This document shows, in pieces, positions 1 through 9,540 of a stretch of 35,022 nucleotides of DNA (position 1 is the first letter of the stretch; every line of letters starts with the position of its first letter). Origin of the DNA: a virus. Under the pieces are notes generated by a model. It was not told where the DNA came from. It did not search any database and worked only from the letters and a program-made list of their open reading frames with translations. A program made the translations under genes and the position numbers. The DNA lies in the UHGV virus genome UHGV-0182056; one strand, given 5' to 3'.

Positions 1-124
1 ATTTACTCCTTTCTAACATCACCAGGAAAAGTATAACGGATTGAAAATACATTGTTTATAAAAACAGCAGGCGCACGGTAATGGCTGGATTGCGACACGG
101 AGTTACTTTATAATCCGCTACCAT

Positions 125-200
125 GGCCCCTTAGCTCAGTGGTTAGAGCAGGCGACTCATAATCGCTTGGTCGCTGGTTCAAGTCCAGCAGGGGCCACCA
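125..200 (+). tRNA. ileX: tRNA with CAT anticodon; sequence looks like enterobacterial tRNA-Ile2 (lysidine-modified CAU, ileX/ileY type); intact gene used as the prophage attachment site
   Basis: 76 nt with 7-bp acceptor stem GGCCCCT/AGGGGCC, D-arm AGCTCAGTGGTTAGAGC, anticodon loop CTCATAA, T-arm GGTTCAAGTCC and 3' CCA. Ile2 rather than Met is from recall of the E. coli gene and the yqjH neighbour, not from the anticodon. Confidence 0.8.
154..200 (+). repeat. attL core: 3' 47 bp of the tRNA, exactly repeated at 33978-34024
   Basis: Exact 47/47 direct repeat read from the sequence (GACTCATAATCGCTTGGTCGCTGGTTCAAGTCCAGCAGGGGCCACCA). Confidence 0.85.
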
Positions 201-227
201 AATTTAGCAATAAAATCAAATAATTAA

Positions 228-252
228 GCCACTCGATCGAGTGGCTTTTTTG
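228..252 (+). terminator. Rho-independent terminator downstream of the tRNA, supplied by the phage side of attL
   Basis: Hairpin GCCACTCGATCGAGTGGC followed by TTTTTTG. Confidence 0.6.
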
Positions 253-268
253 TTTCTGGTACTTCGAT

Positions 269-290
269 TGGCAGCAAAATGGCAGCAGAA
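269..290 (+). repeat. Two tandem 11-bp repeats (TGGCAGCAAAA, TGGCAGCAGAA); candidate integrase arm-type binding sites at the attL side
   Basis: Tandem repeat seen directly; the same 11-mer recurs in tandem near attR (33855-33887). Confidence 0.45.
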
Positions 291-336
291 TTTAGAAAGT
301 TCCTAAGAAAAAACCCGCAATAACGGGTCAATTTCT

Positions 337-552
337 TTAAAAATTCATGTGTCCCTGCCCCCATGTCGATGGATGTGGAGGGGCAATATCAATTAAATTT
401 GGAGTAACGATGTAACGTACAACCGTCTCATGAGTAACAAAAGTAGCGCCACAATTTATGTTTTGGCATTGGCAATAACGCTCCTTCGTCTGATCAGATA
501 CTCGAAAACTACTTCTTGTATGTGCCGCGTGTCCGCACTTCGGGCAATTCAT
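337..552 (-). CDS. ogr: Ogr-like zinc-finger late-gene transcription activator (P2 Ogr / 186 B family)
   Basis: Track ORF 337..600; likely start at the internal Met giving MNCPKCGHAAHTRSS...KERYCQCQNINCGATF, a C-x2-C...C-x4-C pattern that resembles P2 Ogr as I recall it. Confidence 0.8.
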   Translation of the reverse strand: MNCPKCGHAAHTRSSFRVSDQTKERYCQCQNINCGATFVTHETVVRYIVTPNLIDIAPPHPSTWGQGHMNF

Positions 553-623
553 CATATCTGCATCACTCCCCACAATTTTTTCAATCACATAATGATACAA
601 GATACATTCATTTTGTGAACAAA

Positions 624-1772
624 TTATTCCATTTCGAAATCATCAATCCTCACTTCAAGCTCCAGACTGGTCGTAAAACCGTTATCCGGGCTGACGGTAT
701 GTGTCAGAGTCGTAATGGTCCATTCCGCATCATCTATCGGCTGTTTAAAGCCACTGACTTTCACTGGCATTTCCGTGTAGAGATCTGCCCGCCCTTCCGC
801 CAGTTGTAGCGAGAATGACGCAACGCCGCGTTGCAGGCGTTCCCACTGCATTTTCGCCGCTCGCTCGGCGTTGCTCCGGTTGGCATAAGTACGATTAAGT
901 ACCAGCACATTTTCATCCGTACCCACCAGGTAATCGCCCTGCTTCGCTTCCGGCTCTTTCTTCTGCTTCTTAGTCCTGCGCTTACGCTTCACCGTGGTGC
1001 TTTCTTTCTTCGCGGGTTCGCGGGTATGCAACCAGCTGGCAATTACGCCCGTGTAGGCACCGCGATCAGCCAGGGTAAATCGGTGACTGTCGCCGTCCTT
1101 GCGTGTGATAGTGATCACCGGCAGAGGTTTACCGCTGGCGCTTTTGCCCTGTCCCTGCCGGATGAATAACAGATTGCCATTTTTCACCGACGCAATAGCA
1201 CCGTACTGGCGCGCCAGCCGCATCAAAAAACTGGCGTCACTCTCATTGGTCTGGTCTATGTGATCCACGGGCTTATCCGAGAGGTCTTTACCCAGAGCCA
1301 TCTTCAGCTTGTGACGCGCGGCTATTTCCTTCACCACTTCCCCAACTGTGGTCTTGTGCCACGATTTTTCACGGCGGGTATTCAGCGTTTCCCGAAAATC
1401 AGCACTTCGCGCCCGGATAGTCAGGCGGTCCGGTGCGCCAGTGTGTTCAATCTCGTCCACCGTGAATGCCCCTTTCGGGAAAAGCGGCTGCCCCTTCCAG
1501 CCCAGCGCCAGCGTAATGACCGCACCACGGCGCGGCAGCACGATTTTTCCGTCAGCGTCGTCCAGCTCCAGATCAAGCTGGTCCGCTTCAAAGCCCCGGT
1601 TATCCGTCAGCGTAAGCCCCATCAGGCGGTTGTCCAGCACAGTGGTGATATCCCTGCCTTCAATACTGATGCTGAATGCCGGAGAATTGTTGCCTTTGTT
1701 AAGCAGTTCAGAGCTGAAATTCACGACAGCAGCCCTCCCACCGTTTTCGTTTGAGCGACAGGGTGAACTCAA
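624..1772 (-). CDS. D: Tail protein gpD (late control D)
   Basis: 382-aa ORF at the P2 position after gpU; resembles P2 D-family proteins. Confidence 0.8.
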   Translation of the reverse strand: MSSPCRSNENGGRAAVVNFSSELLNKGNNSPAFSISIEGRDITTVLDNRLMGLTLTDNRGFEADQLDLELDDADGKIVLPRRGAVITLALGWKGQPLFPKGAFTVDEIEHTGAPDRLTIRARSADFRETLNTRREKSWHKTTVGEVVKEIAARHKLKMALGKDLSDKPVDHIDQTNESDASFLMRLARQYGAIASVKNGNLLFIRQGQGKSASGKPLPVITITRKDGDSHRFTLADRGAYTGVIASWLHTREPAKKESTTVKRKRRTKKQKKEPEAKQGDYLVGTDENVLVLNRTYANRSNAERAAKMQWERLQRGVASFSLQLAEGRADLYTEMPVKVSGFKQPIDDAEWTITTLTHTVSPDNGFTTSLELEVRIDDFEME

Positions 1773-2112
1773 TCCGGCGCGGCATACCGTCGCGGAAAAA
1801 CTCCGTTTTAGTCTGATTCAGTCCCTCAATCACATACATGCCGTAAATCGTGCCGCTGCCTTCAATCAGAGGCCATGCTTTCCCCTGTTCTGCCATCTGC
1901 TCCAGTGCCAGCAACGACAGCCTGCCGCCTGTTATCTCCGGCATAAGAACACCAGAAAGCGTCAGCATGTCGTTGTCCGGTCCCAGAAACTGCGTGGACG
2001 GACGACGATTTACCCGGCTGTTAGCCGCATGTCGCCAGCTACGCTGATACTGCAGTTCCTGATACGGCACGGTGCGCAGCATAAACACGTACAATCCCAG
2101 CACCATCATCAT
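1708..2112 (-). CDS. U: Tail protein gpU
   Basis: 134 aa; N-terminus MMMVLGLYVFM...LTGG...AWPL resembles P2 gpU; lies between T and D. Confidence 0.8.
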   Translation of the reverse strand: MMMVLGLYVFMLRTVPYQELQYQRSWRHAANSRVNRRPSTQFLGPDNDMLTLSGVLMPEITGGRLSLLALEQMAEQGKAWPLIEGSGTIYGMYVIEGLNQTKTEFFRDGMPRRIEFTLSLKRKRWEGCCREFQL

Positions 2113-5100
2113 GCGTCGTATCCCCCCTGATCGCTGTAGTTACTCCTGGCTTTTGCCTTCAGCCTGCGTTCACGTTCATCAAGCTGGCGGGCCACCTCCC
2201 GCGCAATATCCTGCGCACTTTGTCCTGGTTGCGTCTGGATGATGATCTGCGTCGGTGCCTCAATCCGGTAAACGGGCGTCACAGTGGCTGCGCGATTAAT
2301 CATCGCTTCACCGCCTTTCGTGGGAAGTGCCAAAGGATGTAACGGCGGAAGCTCTGCAGGCGCAGCAGCAACGCCCATCATTCCGGCAACAACGGCAGCC
2401 AGTGCAGCTGTATTTCTCCGGCTGGTCACATTTGCCGGACCGTTGACAATTTCAGGCCCGTTTTCACCGACAATACCGAACTGCCCGCGCGGGATATACC
2501 CCCCACTGTCATACATCCCCGCAAAGCCATATCCCCATGACGGAAAGCCACCTGATGGCATCATCACTTTACCGTCTGTATTCACCGTCGCAGGTTGCTG
2601 ACGCGTCACGCTTTCCGGCAGTTTCGCCTTTGCTGCCTCTTTACTGACAATGCCGAGTTTCTCCAGCAACCAGGAAACACCGGATTTCAGGGAGTCCAGC
2701 GGATGCATGACCATATTCAGCCCTTCCGCCAGTGCCTCCCCGAATCGTCGCCCCATTGTCGCTGCGCTCTGCAGTTCGGCAGAGGTCGACTTAACGGGCG
2801 TCAGCAGATCAGTAAACCAGCCCCACAACGCCTGCACTTTGTCGCCAATCCACTGAAACACAGGCTTAAGTGGTTCGAATGCTGCACTGATGGGACCTGC
2901 CGCCGCTTTGAATCCTTCCACCACGCCACCGAGAAATGCGGTGATGGGTTGCCAGTATTTCCAGACAACCAGCGCCACGCCCGCCAGTGCAGTAACCACA
3001 AGACCTATCGGACTGAGCAGAGCACCTAACAGACCAGATATGGCATACAGGGCAACGCGCAGCATCGCCAGCGGGCCGGATGCGAGCACACGCAGCACCG
3101 AGCCTGCGGCAGCCAGCCCACCGCGTAGTGCTGCCAGTGGATTCATAAACATCACAGCAACAGCACGTAAACCGGATAATCCAGACCGCAAAAGTGCAAC
3201 CGGCGCACCTGCTACAGTTTTCAGGACATTCCCCGTCAGTGATACCGTGCGACGCAAAGACGACAACGGAGCAGTAAGTAAACCCGCTGCGTTGCCCGAT
3301 GAAGCAAGCCCGCGTCGCAGCAGTGCCAGTGGTGCGCCAGCCAGCCAGGACAACGTGCTGCTGGTTCGAGTTACTGCTGCCGTAACGGAAGGTAACGTTT
3401 TGATACCCAGCACAGAGAATCCCAGACGGATCACTGCCAGCGGCCCCAGCACTGCAGCCAGCGCCACCGCTAAGGTGCCGAGGCCTACGGTAACCGCAGC
3501 CACAACAGCCACTACTTTCATCAGTGTGCCTGTCAGTTCCGGGTTAGCTTCCACCCAGCGGCGCAACGCCCCCGTGACGCTTTTCACCGTGTACAGAATA
3601 TCCATCAGCGGCTGGCGCAGCGTTTCGCCCAGGCTGCTGAAGGTGTTCTGCGCTCCGGTTTTGACCAGCAACCACTGAGCAGAAAGTGAGTCTTTGTTGA
3701 TGTCGGATTCTTTCTGCATCGAACCGAGCGCATCATTGCCCGCTGTCAGTTTTAGCTGGCGCTGTAGTTCCGGCAGGTTGTTTGCCAGTTTCGCCGCGTC
3801 ATCGCCAAACTCTTTACCAAACAACATGGTCATGGCAGACAGACGCTTGTCCTGCGGCAGTGCGTTTACCTTCTCCAGTACACGCTGGATGGTTCCCATC
3901 GCATCCTTCGTCATCTGCTTTTCAATCACTTCAGGATTGAGTTTCAGCAGATTCATCCCTTCAAAGAAACTCTTGCTTTGCATGGTGGCAATGGACAATT
4001 CACGCACCATCGCGTTTGCTGCACTGGCTGCAACCTCCGGCGCAGCGCCCAGTGTCAGAAAGGTGGAACCCAGTGCTGCCGCTTTACGATAATCCAGACG
4101 GTCAGCCACACCGCCCAGACGTTGCATCACATCAATGATGTCCGCCCCTTTCGACATGGCGTTATCATCCAGATAGTTCAGCGCATCGCCGAGCTGTTCA
4201 ATATTGCGGGTAGGTATTTTGTAGAGCTGGGCGATTTTCCCCAGACTTTCTGACAGTTCATCCGCTGGCAGCTCAAAGGCTGTTGCCGCCTTTGCTGCCG
4301 TACTGGCGAAGGCCAGCAGGTCACGTTTCTGGTCTTCCCAGCTGTCGTCAGGGTTTGCCACGTTCATGCGCGCACCACCTTCAACCAGTGCAGCGAAGTC
4401 CACCGCACCGTTTTCCATCGGCAACTGTTCGCTGGCAGCCTTGATGGCATCCTGCATTTCGTAAAAACGCGCAGTGCGGTTGCCATTATCGTCACGCAGA
4501 CCATTGACCTGCTTTGCCACACCTTTCATGGCATCTTCCATGCTGGTATAGCTTTTTACCGCCGCCATCACTGGCGCGCCCATTGCCAGCCCTGCAGCCG
4601 TGGTGGTGGCTCCGGCTCCTGCGATACGATCGCGCACTTCAAGCCGTCTTGAGTATTGTTCTCTGGCAGCGTTCATCCGTGCCTGTTGTTCACCCAGACG
4701 TTTAAGTGCTTTTTGCTGGCCCTCCAGTGCCTGCCTTGTTTCTTCAGCATTTTTCTTAAGTTCTCGCTGGGCACTACTGAGTTGCCTGGTATCAATCCCT
4801 GATTCTTTAAGTGCCTGACGTTGTCTCTGGACCGCCCCCAACAAGCCGTTATAGGTCTGCTGAAGTTCCTGTACTCGTGTTTTGGCCTGACTGAATAACT
4901 TTGCCTGCGCGGCGGTTGGCCTGTTAGTGGCAGCAAATTGTGTGGCGAGTTTTGCCGCCTCTTCGCGGGCTGCGTTCAGGTTGTTGGCTGTTATGGCTAG
5001 TTGCGAGCGCGTCTTGCGAAACTCATCAATTCTGCCAGCCTGCTTATTCAGTTCTTTGAGGCTGTTTCTGGTATTCTGAATTGCGCCAGCCAGCTCTTTC

Positions 5101-5186
5101 GAACTGGCCTGTGCAGCACGGAATGGGCGGGTGAGTTTGTCAACCGCATTAAGAATGACCTGCAGGCGCAGGTTGTTATCACTCAT
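2109..5186 (-). CDS. T: Tail tape measure protein gpT
   Basis: 1025-aa Ala/Gly-rich protein with N-terminal coiled-coil and hydrophobic repeats, immediately after the E/E' chaperone gene. Confidence 0.85.
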   Translation of the reverse strand: MSDNNLRLQVILNAVDKLTRPFRAAQASSKELAGAIQNTRNSLKELNKQAGRIDEFRKTRSQLAITANNLNAAREEAAKLATQFAATNRPTAAQAKLFSQAKTRVQELQQTYNGLLGAVQRQRQALKESGIDTRQLSSAQRELKKNAEETRQALEGQQKALKRLGEQQARMNAAREQYSRRLEVRDRIAGAGATTTAAGLAMGAPVMAAVKSYTSMEDAMKGVAKQVNGLRDDNGNRTARFYEMQDAIKAASEQLPMENGAVDFAALVEGGARMNVANPDDSWEDQKRDLLAFASTAAKAATAFELPADELSESLGKIAQLYKIPTRNIEQLGDALNYLDDNAMSKGADIIDVMQRLGGVADRLDYRKAAALGSTFLTLGAAPEVAASAANAMVRELSIATMQSKSFFEGMNLLKLNPEVIEKQMTKDAMGTIQRVLEKVNALPQDKRLSAMTMLFGKEFGDDAAKLANNLPELQRQLKLTAGNDALGSMQKESDINKDSLSAQWLLVKTGAQNTFSSLGETLRQPLMDILYTVKSVTGALRRWVEANPELTGTLMKVVAVVAAVTVGLGTLAVALAAVLGPLAVIRLGFSVLGIKTLPSVTAAVTRTSSTLSWLAGAPLALLRRGLASSGNAAGLLTAPLSSLRRTVSLTGNVLKTVAGAPVALLRSGLSGLRAVAVMFMNPLAALRGGLAAAGSVLRVLASGPLAMLRVALYAISGLLGALLSPIGLVVTALAGVALVVWKYWQPITAFLGGVVEGFKAAAGPISAAFEPLKPVFQWIGDKVQALWGWFTDLLTPVKSTSAELQSAATMGRRFGEALAEGLNMVMHPLDSLKSGVSWLLEKLGIVSKEAAKAKLPESVTRQQPATVNTDGKVMMPSGGFPSWGYGFAGMYDSGGYIPRGQFGIVGENGPEIVNGPANVTSRRNTAALAAVVAGMMGVAAAPAELPPLHPLALPTKGGEAMINRAATVTPVYRIEAPTQIIIQTQPGQSAQDIAREVARQLDERERRLKAKARSNYSDQGGYDA

Positions 5187-5615
5187 CGTTGGCCCCGCTT
5201 CTCTGAATCGCTTTATACCGCCATTCCAGCACTTCGGTCAGCGGCATAACGTCAGTAACGGATGGCGGCCAGTGAAAAATGGTGGCGATATCTGCCACCA
5301 GATCGTCAACCGTCAGGCTGTCGGTAAACCGGCAAGCACCGACTTCTTCAACAAAAAAGTGACAACCTCAACCGACATGGCAGTGAGATCTGCCGGGTCC
5401 ATCTCTGCAATTTCCTGTGCAGTCAGTGCCGGGCTGGAGATGCGGGGGATCACGGTCATCATCGCGTTCACATCCATATCCATAATCGCCTGCAGGCGTG
5501 TACCGCGCAGCGCACCGGACTGCGGTTTACGCAGCACAATTTCGGTGATTTCTGTTTTACCGCGCTTGATGGGGGTATCCAGTTGAATGGTCTTTTCAGT
5601 CTGCTTATCGCTCAT
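5179..5615 (-). CDS. E': gpE+E' fusion made by programmed -1 ribosomal frameshift at T TTT TTG (slip site at plus-strand 5352-5358)
   Basis: My manual translation of the -1 frame after the heptamer stays open for about 57 codons and ends at a TGA overlapping the start of T; same arrangement as P2 E/E'. Confidence 0.65.
5313..5615 (-). CDS. E: Tail assembly chaperone gpE (zero-frame product)
   Basis: 100-aa ORF between tail tube and tape measure genes; contains slippery TTTTTTG near its 3' end. Confidence 0.8.
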   Translation of the reverse strand: MSDKQTEKTIQLDTPIKRGKTEITEIVLRKPQSGALRGTRLQAIMDMDVNAMMTVIPRISSPALTAQEIAEMDPADLTAMSVEVVTFLLKKSVLAGLPTA

Positions 5616-5669
5616 TTTGCTGTCCTGTAAATTGGGTTCTGGCGCGGTATCCCGCGCCGTTCAGATATA

Positions 5670-6185
5670 TCAGAGGCCGAGTGCGTTGCGGTGTGCTTCC
5701 ATCAGGTCCACACCATCCACAATTTCCACCATGTTGATAAGGTCCACTTCATAGAGCACCTCACCATTGATGGTCAGCTTCGCGTAGCTGTTGGTACTGG
5801 TCACTTTGGTGGTGTTGCTTTCGCCCGTCTTCCACTCACCGGAATCCACTTCTTTGTGACGTCCACGCACCACAAGCTCCACGGCCTGCACTTCCCCGGT
5901 ATCGTCACGCTGGATAGAGCCGGTAAAGCGCAACTGGATGCCATCCACCGTGGCTTTGCCCATCTGCTTAAACAGCAGCAGTTCAGTACCACCAATGGAA
6001 AATTCTGTGTCCAGCGCACTGTCATCAAGCCCCAGATCCACATCCACTGCACCCGGCATTCCGCCGCCGCGATACTTCTCATATTTGCGGGTGAATTTCG
6101 GCAGCGTCAGCGACTCAACGATCCCCTGCCAGTTGTTCCCGTCGTTAAACAGGTTCAGGTGTTTTAATTTGCGTGGTAAAGCCAT
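5670..6185 (-). CDS. FII: Tail tube protein gpFII
   Basis: 171 aa, at the P2 position directly after the sheath gene. Confidence 0.85.
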   Translation of the reverse strand: MALPRKLKHLNLFNDGNNWQGIVESLTLPKFTRKYEKYRGGGMPGAVDVDLGLDDSALDTEFSIGGTELLLFKQMGKATVDGIQLRFTGSIQRDDTGEVQAVELVVRGRHKEVDSGEWKTGESNTTKVTSTNSYAKLTINGEVLYEVDLINMVEIVDGVDLMEAHRNALGL

Positions 6186-6194
6186 GTTGTCCCC

Positions 6195-7367
6195 TTACGC
6201 GCTGACCTGGCTGGCGAAATTCACCAGGTACTGATCGGTGATGCGCTGACGCAACATCAGGTTTTCAAGTGGCGGCACTGGCGTGTAGTCGTAGTCGATG
6301 GTGAGTTTTCCGGCTTTCAGAGTATCTTTGTCGTTCACCGACTCATCCAGCCAGCAATCACCACCAATGAGATAGCCCTGACTGACCAGGCTGCGCATTT
6401 TGGCGCGGATACCTTCGATAATGTCGCGGGCCAACGACGGGTTCAGCGGTTTGTCCACCGCCCACATATGCGCTTCTGCCATTGTGTCCATAAGTACCTG
6501 CGCCGTGCGGGTGTAGTTTTCGAAGGCAAAGAGCGGGTCATCACTCAGGCAGCGGGAACCCCAGAAGCGGAAACCGTCTTTGCGGATAAGGGTGGTGACG
6601 TCGCTCTGGTTCAGCAGTCCCGCATCTGTTGCCGTGTCCTGCAGATCCCAGAACACATCAGCAGAAATTCCGGTGACACCGTTCACGCCCACGTTGGACA
6701 GGCTTTTGTGCCATCCGGTCTGCTCATCAATTTTGGCGCGCAGACCAAGCGCACGGGCGGTGGCATATGCCGTTGCTTCGGCATTCAGTACCGTGTCCCA
6801 GCCAGTAAAGTCAGGCCAGATCAGCATCCCTTCGCGCTGGCTGAAGTTTTCACGGTAAGTGATCGCCTCCTGCACTGTCTTGCAGCCATACGCTGACAGG
6901 TAAGCAAACCCACGTAGGCTTTGCGCCACGCTCAGCAACTCAGTCGCAACGGCTTTGTTATCATGGCCTGGCACGCCGAGAATGCGCGGTTTAACGCCGA
7001 GCTGTGACTGGGCAGATAACAGAGCTTTCATGCCTGTTTTTTTACCTTCAGCAGTCACTGCGCCGATGATATTGGTCGTGGTTTCTTCTTCCGTTTCACC
7101 CTGCGGCACACGCACAACAACGGTCACGGGTTTTGCCTGGTCAGCGATGGCATCCAGCGAACGGGCCAGCGTGCCGGACTCACCCGCTTTACCGCTGGCA
7201 GTCAGCACATCAGTGATCAGCACGGGTTTATTAAGAGGAAACATTTTTGCATCGGCATCATCGCCCGTGCAGACCATACCCACGATGGCGGTGCTCACCG
7301 TGGTAATGGATCGGGTGCCTTCGTTGACTTCAACAACGCGCACCCCGTGGTGGTAATCCTGAGCCAT
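6195..7367 (-). CDS. FI: Contractile tail sheath protein gpFI
   Basis: 390 aa, sheath-like sequence, followed by the tube gene. Confidence 0.85.
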   Translation of the reverse strand: MAQDYHHGVRVVEVNEGTRSITTVSTAIVGMVCTGDDADAKMFPLNKPVLITDVLTASGKAGESGTLARSLDAIADQAKPVTVVVRVPQGETEEETTTNIIGAVTAEGKKTGMKALLSAQSQLGVKPRILGVPGHDNKAVATELLSVAQSLRGFAYLSAYGCKTVQEAITYRENFSQREGMLIWPDFTGWDTVLNAEATAYATARALGLRAKIDEQTGWHKSLSNVGVNGVTGISADVFWDLQDTATDAGLLNQSDVTTLIRKDGFRFWGSRCLSDDPLFAFENYTRTAQVLMDTMAEAHMWAVDKPLNPSLARDIIEGIRAKMRSLVSQGYLIGGDCWLDESVNDKDTLKAGKLTIDYDYTPVPPLENLMLRQRITDQYLVNFASQVSA

Positions 7368-7443
7368 AGTGGCGAACCTCCTGATTGGATTAGGCTTCGC
7401 CCTATGTTGAAGTGATTGTGCCTGACAAACAGCTAAGCGCAGT

Positions 7444-7461
7444 TGTACCGTTATTCACACA
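7444..7461. promoter_or_regulatory. Candidate Ogr-dependent late promoter element (TGT-N12-ACA dyad) upstream of the FI tail operon
   Basis: TGTACCGTTATTCACACA lies 77-94 bp upstream of the FI start; nearly the same as the dyad in the O-P intergenic region. Confidence 0.5.
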
Positions 7462-7509
7462 AAATGACGGTATTTGTCTGCTTGCAGGGATAATCAAAAT
7501 AATGCTGAT

Positions 7510-8076
7510 TCAGGGGGATTCATTACTCTTATTTGCCGGAAATTTTCTATAAATTGTGGAAACACCCACATCAAAAATCAGTGCAATACGCTGTCTTGAT
7601 TCTCCGGCCTCGAGTAAGCGTCCAATCTGTGCCCACTGTTCGGTAGTCAACTTAGGACGGCGTCCACCTACTCTGCCTTTGGCGCGAGCTGCAGCAAGCC
7701 CCGCCCTGGTACGTTCAACTATCAGTTCGCGTTCCATTTCAGCCAGGGCACCCATGACATGAAAAAAGAAACGGCCCATTGGGGTACTGGTATCAATACT
7801 GTCAGTCAGGCTTCGGAAATTCACACCTCGCTGGCGCAACTCTTCTATCAACGTAACAAGATGCCGCATACTGCGCCCCAACCTGTCCAGCTTCCAGACA
7901 ACCAGCGTGTCTCCTGCCGATAGTGTCCTGAGCAGCTTTTTCAGCCCCGGTCTGTCGGACTTGGTGCCACTGATTTTATCCTCAAAAATCCGCTCACATC
8001 CCGCACAGTTCAGTGCATTGCGTTGCAAATCGGTGTTCTGGTCATTTGTTGACACGCGTACATAGCCAATAAGCAT
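7510..8076 (-). CDS. pin: Serine-recombinase DNA invertase of the Pin/Gin/Cin/Hin family
   Basis: MLIGYVRVSTNDQNTDLQRNAL...LVVWKLDRLGRSM...FFHVMGALAEMEREL closely resembles e14 Pin / Mu Gin as I recall them; gene abuts the left crossover site. Confidence 0.85.
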   Translation of the reverse strand: MLIGYVRVSTNDQNTDLQRNALNCAGCERIFEDKISGTKSDRPGLKKLLRTLSAGDTLVVWKLDRLGRSMRHLVTLIEELRQRGVNFRSLTDSIDTSTPMGRFFFHVMGALAEMERELIVERTRAGLAAARAKGRVGGRRPKLTTEQWAQIGRLLEAGESRQRIALIFDVGVSTIYRKFPANKSNESP

Positions 8077-8131
8077 GATCATCCCCCTGAATAAAAACCG
8101 GAGATGATGCCAGTTAGCCGTTATCTCTGCA

Positions 8132-8157
8132 TTTTCATAAACGTTGGTTTGGGAGAA
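8132..8157. other. Left recombination site (gix/pix-like) of the invertible tail-fibre segment
   Basis: TTTTCATAAACGTTGGTTTGGGAGAA; its outer 15 bp are a perfect inverted repeat of 10037-10051 and the whole resembles the 26-bp gix site as I recall it. Confidence 0.65.
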
Positions 8158-8496
8158 GCGGCCAAATTGCCTGCGATTAGTGGCTCTTTATCATCATCTG
8201 GCTGGATAAAAATCCCTGTTATAGAGGGGAAGTCTTTTATTATCCAATGGGGAAGAATCGGACCTTCTGATAGTAAAACTGGTGTTGCAACAGGAAGTTA
8301 TCCTATTGCTTTTCCAAATTCTGCATTTATGGCATTTATTGCTGAAAAAACCGCAGTATCCACAGGCCCAATAGGTATTAATTCCTGGGGAGTGTCCGAA
8401 CTAACAAAAACAGAATTAAAGGCCATTTGTGCTGCAAGGACTATATCAACTTCAGCCGCAACTGAAACAGGTGATTTTCTGGTACTGGGATATTGA
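8144..8496 (+). CDS. Silent alternative tail-fibre C-terminal cassette (no own start; would be fused to the constant fibre region after inversion)
   Basis: Open frame runs through the left crossover site and encodes ...VGLGEAAKLPAISGS..., sharing the GLGE junction with the active fibre; AT-rich. Confidence 0.6.
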
Positions 8497-8966
8497 GCTT
8501 CCATAAGGATTATAAAATGTCGAGCATAATATACTACAGCTCTATAAATAATGCATTTTACCCTGAGCATTTGAAACAAGAATATATTAAATCTAATTCT
8601 TTTCCAGCAGATGCAAAACCCGTTAAATATTCTGTTTTCGAAGAATTTGCACTTAAACCAGCACCAGAAGGAAAATATAGATGCGTTGGTGAAGATGGAA
8701 TGCCATCATGGGCAGATATTCCACCACCAACACATGAGGAACAGATTGCCGCAGCCGAATTGAAAAAGCAGCAATTGATTAACCTGGTCAACGAATACAT
8801 GAACAGTAAACAATGGCCCGGTAAAGCGGCTATTGGTCGTCTGAAAGGTGAGGAACTGGCGCAATATAATTTGTGGCTGGATTATCTGGACGCACTGGAA
8901 CTGGTTGATACCTCCAGTGCTCCAGATATTGAATGGCCTACGCCTCCAGCAGTTCAGGCCAGATGA
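8493..8966 (+). CDS. Alternative tail-fibre assembly chaperone (Tfa')
   Basis: C-terminus LWLDYLDALELVDTSSAPDIEWP parallels the C-terminus of the active Tfa (LDYIDAVTATDTSTAPDVIWP). Confidence 0.7.
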   Translation: MSFHKDYKMSSIIYYSSINNAFYPEHLKQEYIKSNSFPADAKPVKYSVFEEFALKPAPEGKYRCVGEDGMPSWADIPPPTHEEQIAAAELKKQQLINLVNEYMNSKQWPGKAAIGRLKGEELAQYNLWLDYLDALELVDTSSAPDIEWPTPPAVQAR

Positions 8967-9540
8967 CATCCGGCGCGGTGCTGGTATCTGTTGCCGTCAC
9001 CGCGTCAATGTAATCCAGCACGGCGTTAAGTCGGGTGTTTTCTGTCTGCGTCAGCTTCCGCACGGCCTGTAATTTCAGTTGAATCAGACTGATAGAAGCC
9101 ATTGCAGCATCAATCAGCGACTGGCGCTGTGCTTCTGCCGCTTCTACTGCGGCGCTATGCTGTGCCTCAGTATCGGTCACCCATTTCTCACCATCCCATT
9201 TATCGTATGGCGTTAACGGTGCGAGAGTGGTTGTTTTTTCGGGATAGTCGCCTGGTGCTGTGATTTCTTTGGCATCTCCCGTTTCGGTGTTATAGACAAT
9301 TTCACCGCGATGGTCTGGCACATATTCCCATGAGTTAAAATCTGCTGAGCGGCAGATAGCATAACCAGCTTTATGTGTAACTGGCGCATCTAAACAAGAA
9401 CATGCCGGGATACCGACGCCAACAGCAAGATATTCAGTTGATGTGGAAATATATTCCCGCGTTTCACCATCATAATTATAAACGGTAATATCTCCCGCCT
9501 TTGTGGCGATGAGTTCCTTATTTAATATAGCTTTATCCAT
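8938..9540 (-). CDS. G: Tail-fibre assembly chaperone (gpG-like), currently expressed orientation
   Basis: 200 aa; N-terminal ...ITVYNYDGETREY... typical of this family; start overlaps the fibre stop. Confidence 0.8.
   Translation of the reverse strand: MDKAILNKELIATKAGDITVYNYDGETREYISTSTEYLAVGVGIPACSCLDAPVTHKAGYAICRSADFNSWEYVPDHRGEIVYNTETGDAKEITAPGDYPEKTTTLAPLTPYDKWDGEKWVTDTEAQHSAAVEAAEAQRQSLIDAAMASISLIQLKLQAVRKLTQTENTRLNAVLDYIDAVTATDTSTAPDVIWPELLEA

Noticed and set aside
269-290. Short tandem repeats as a possible CRISPR array
   Set aside because: Only 2-3 contiguous 11-bp units with no spacers and no cas genes; position next to the att cores points to recombinase arm sites.
1348-2130. 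260-aa plus-strand ORF (and similar long plus-strand ORFs at 2890-3678, 9964-10464, 18007-18669, 25444-26166)
   Set aside because: They lie antisense to well-supported minus-strand phage genes (D/U, T, H, N/O, A); their translations are low-complexity Arg/Ser/Pro-rich, typical of shadow ORFs in GC-rich coding DNA.
5131-5586. 151-aa plus-strand ORF overlapping the E/E' and T junction
   Set aside because: Antisense to the tail chaperone region, which is better explained by the E/E' frameshift products.
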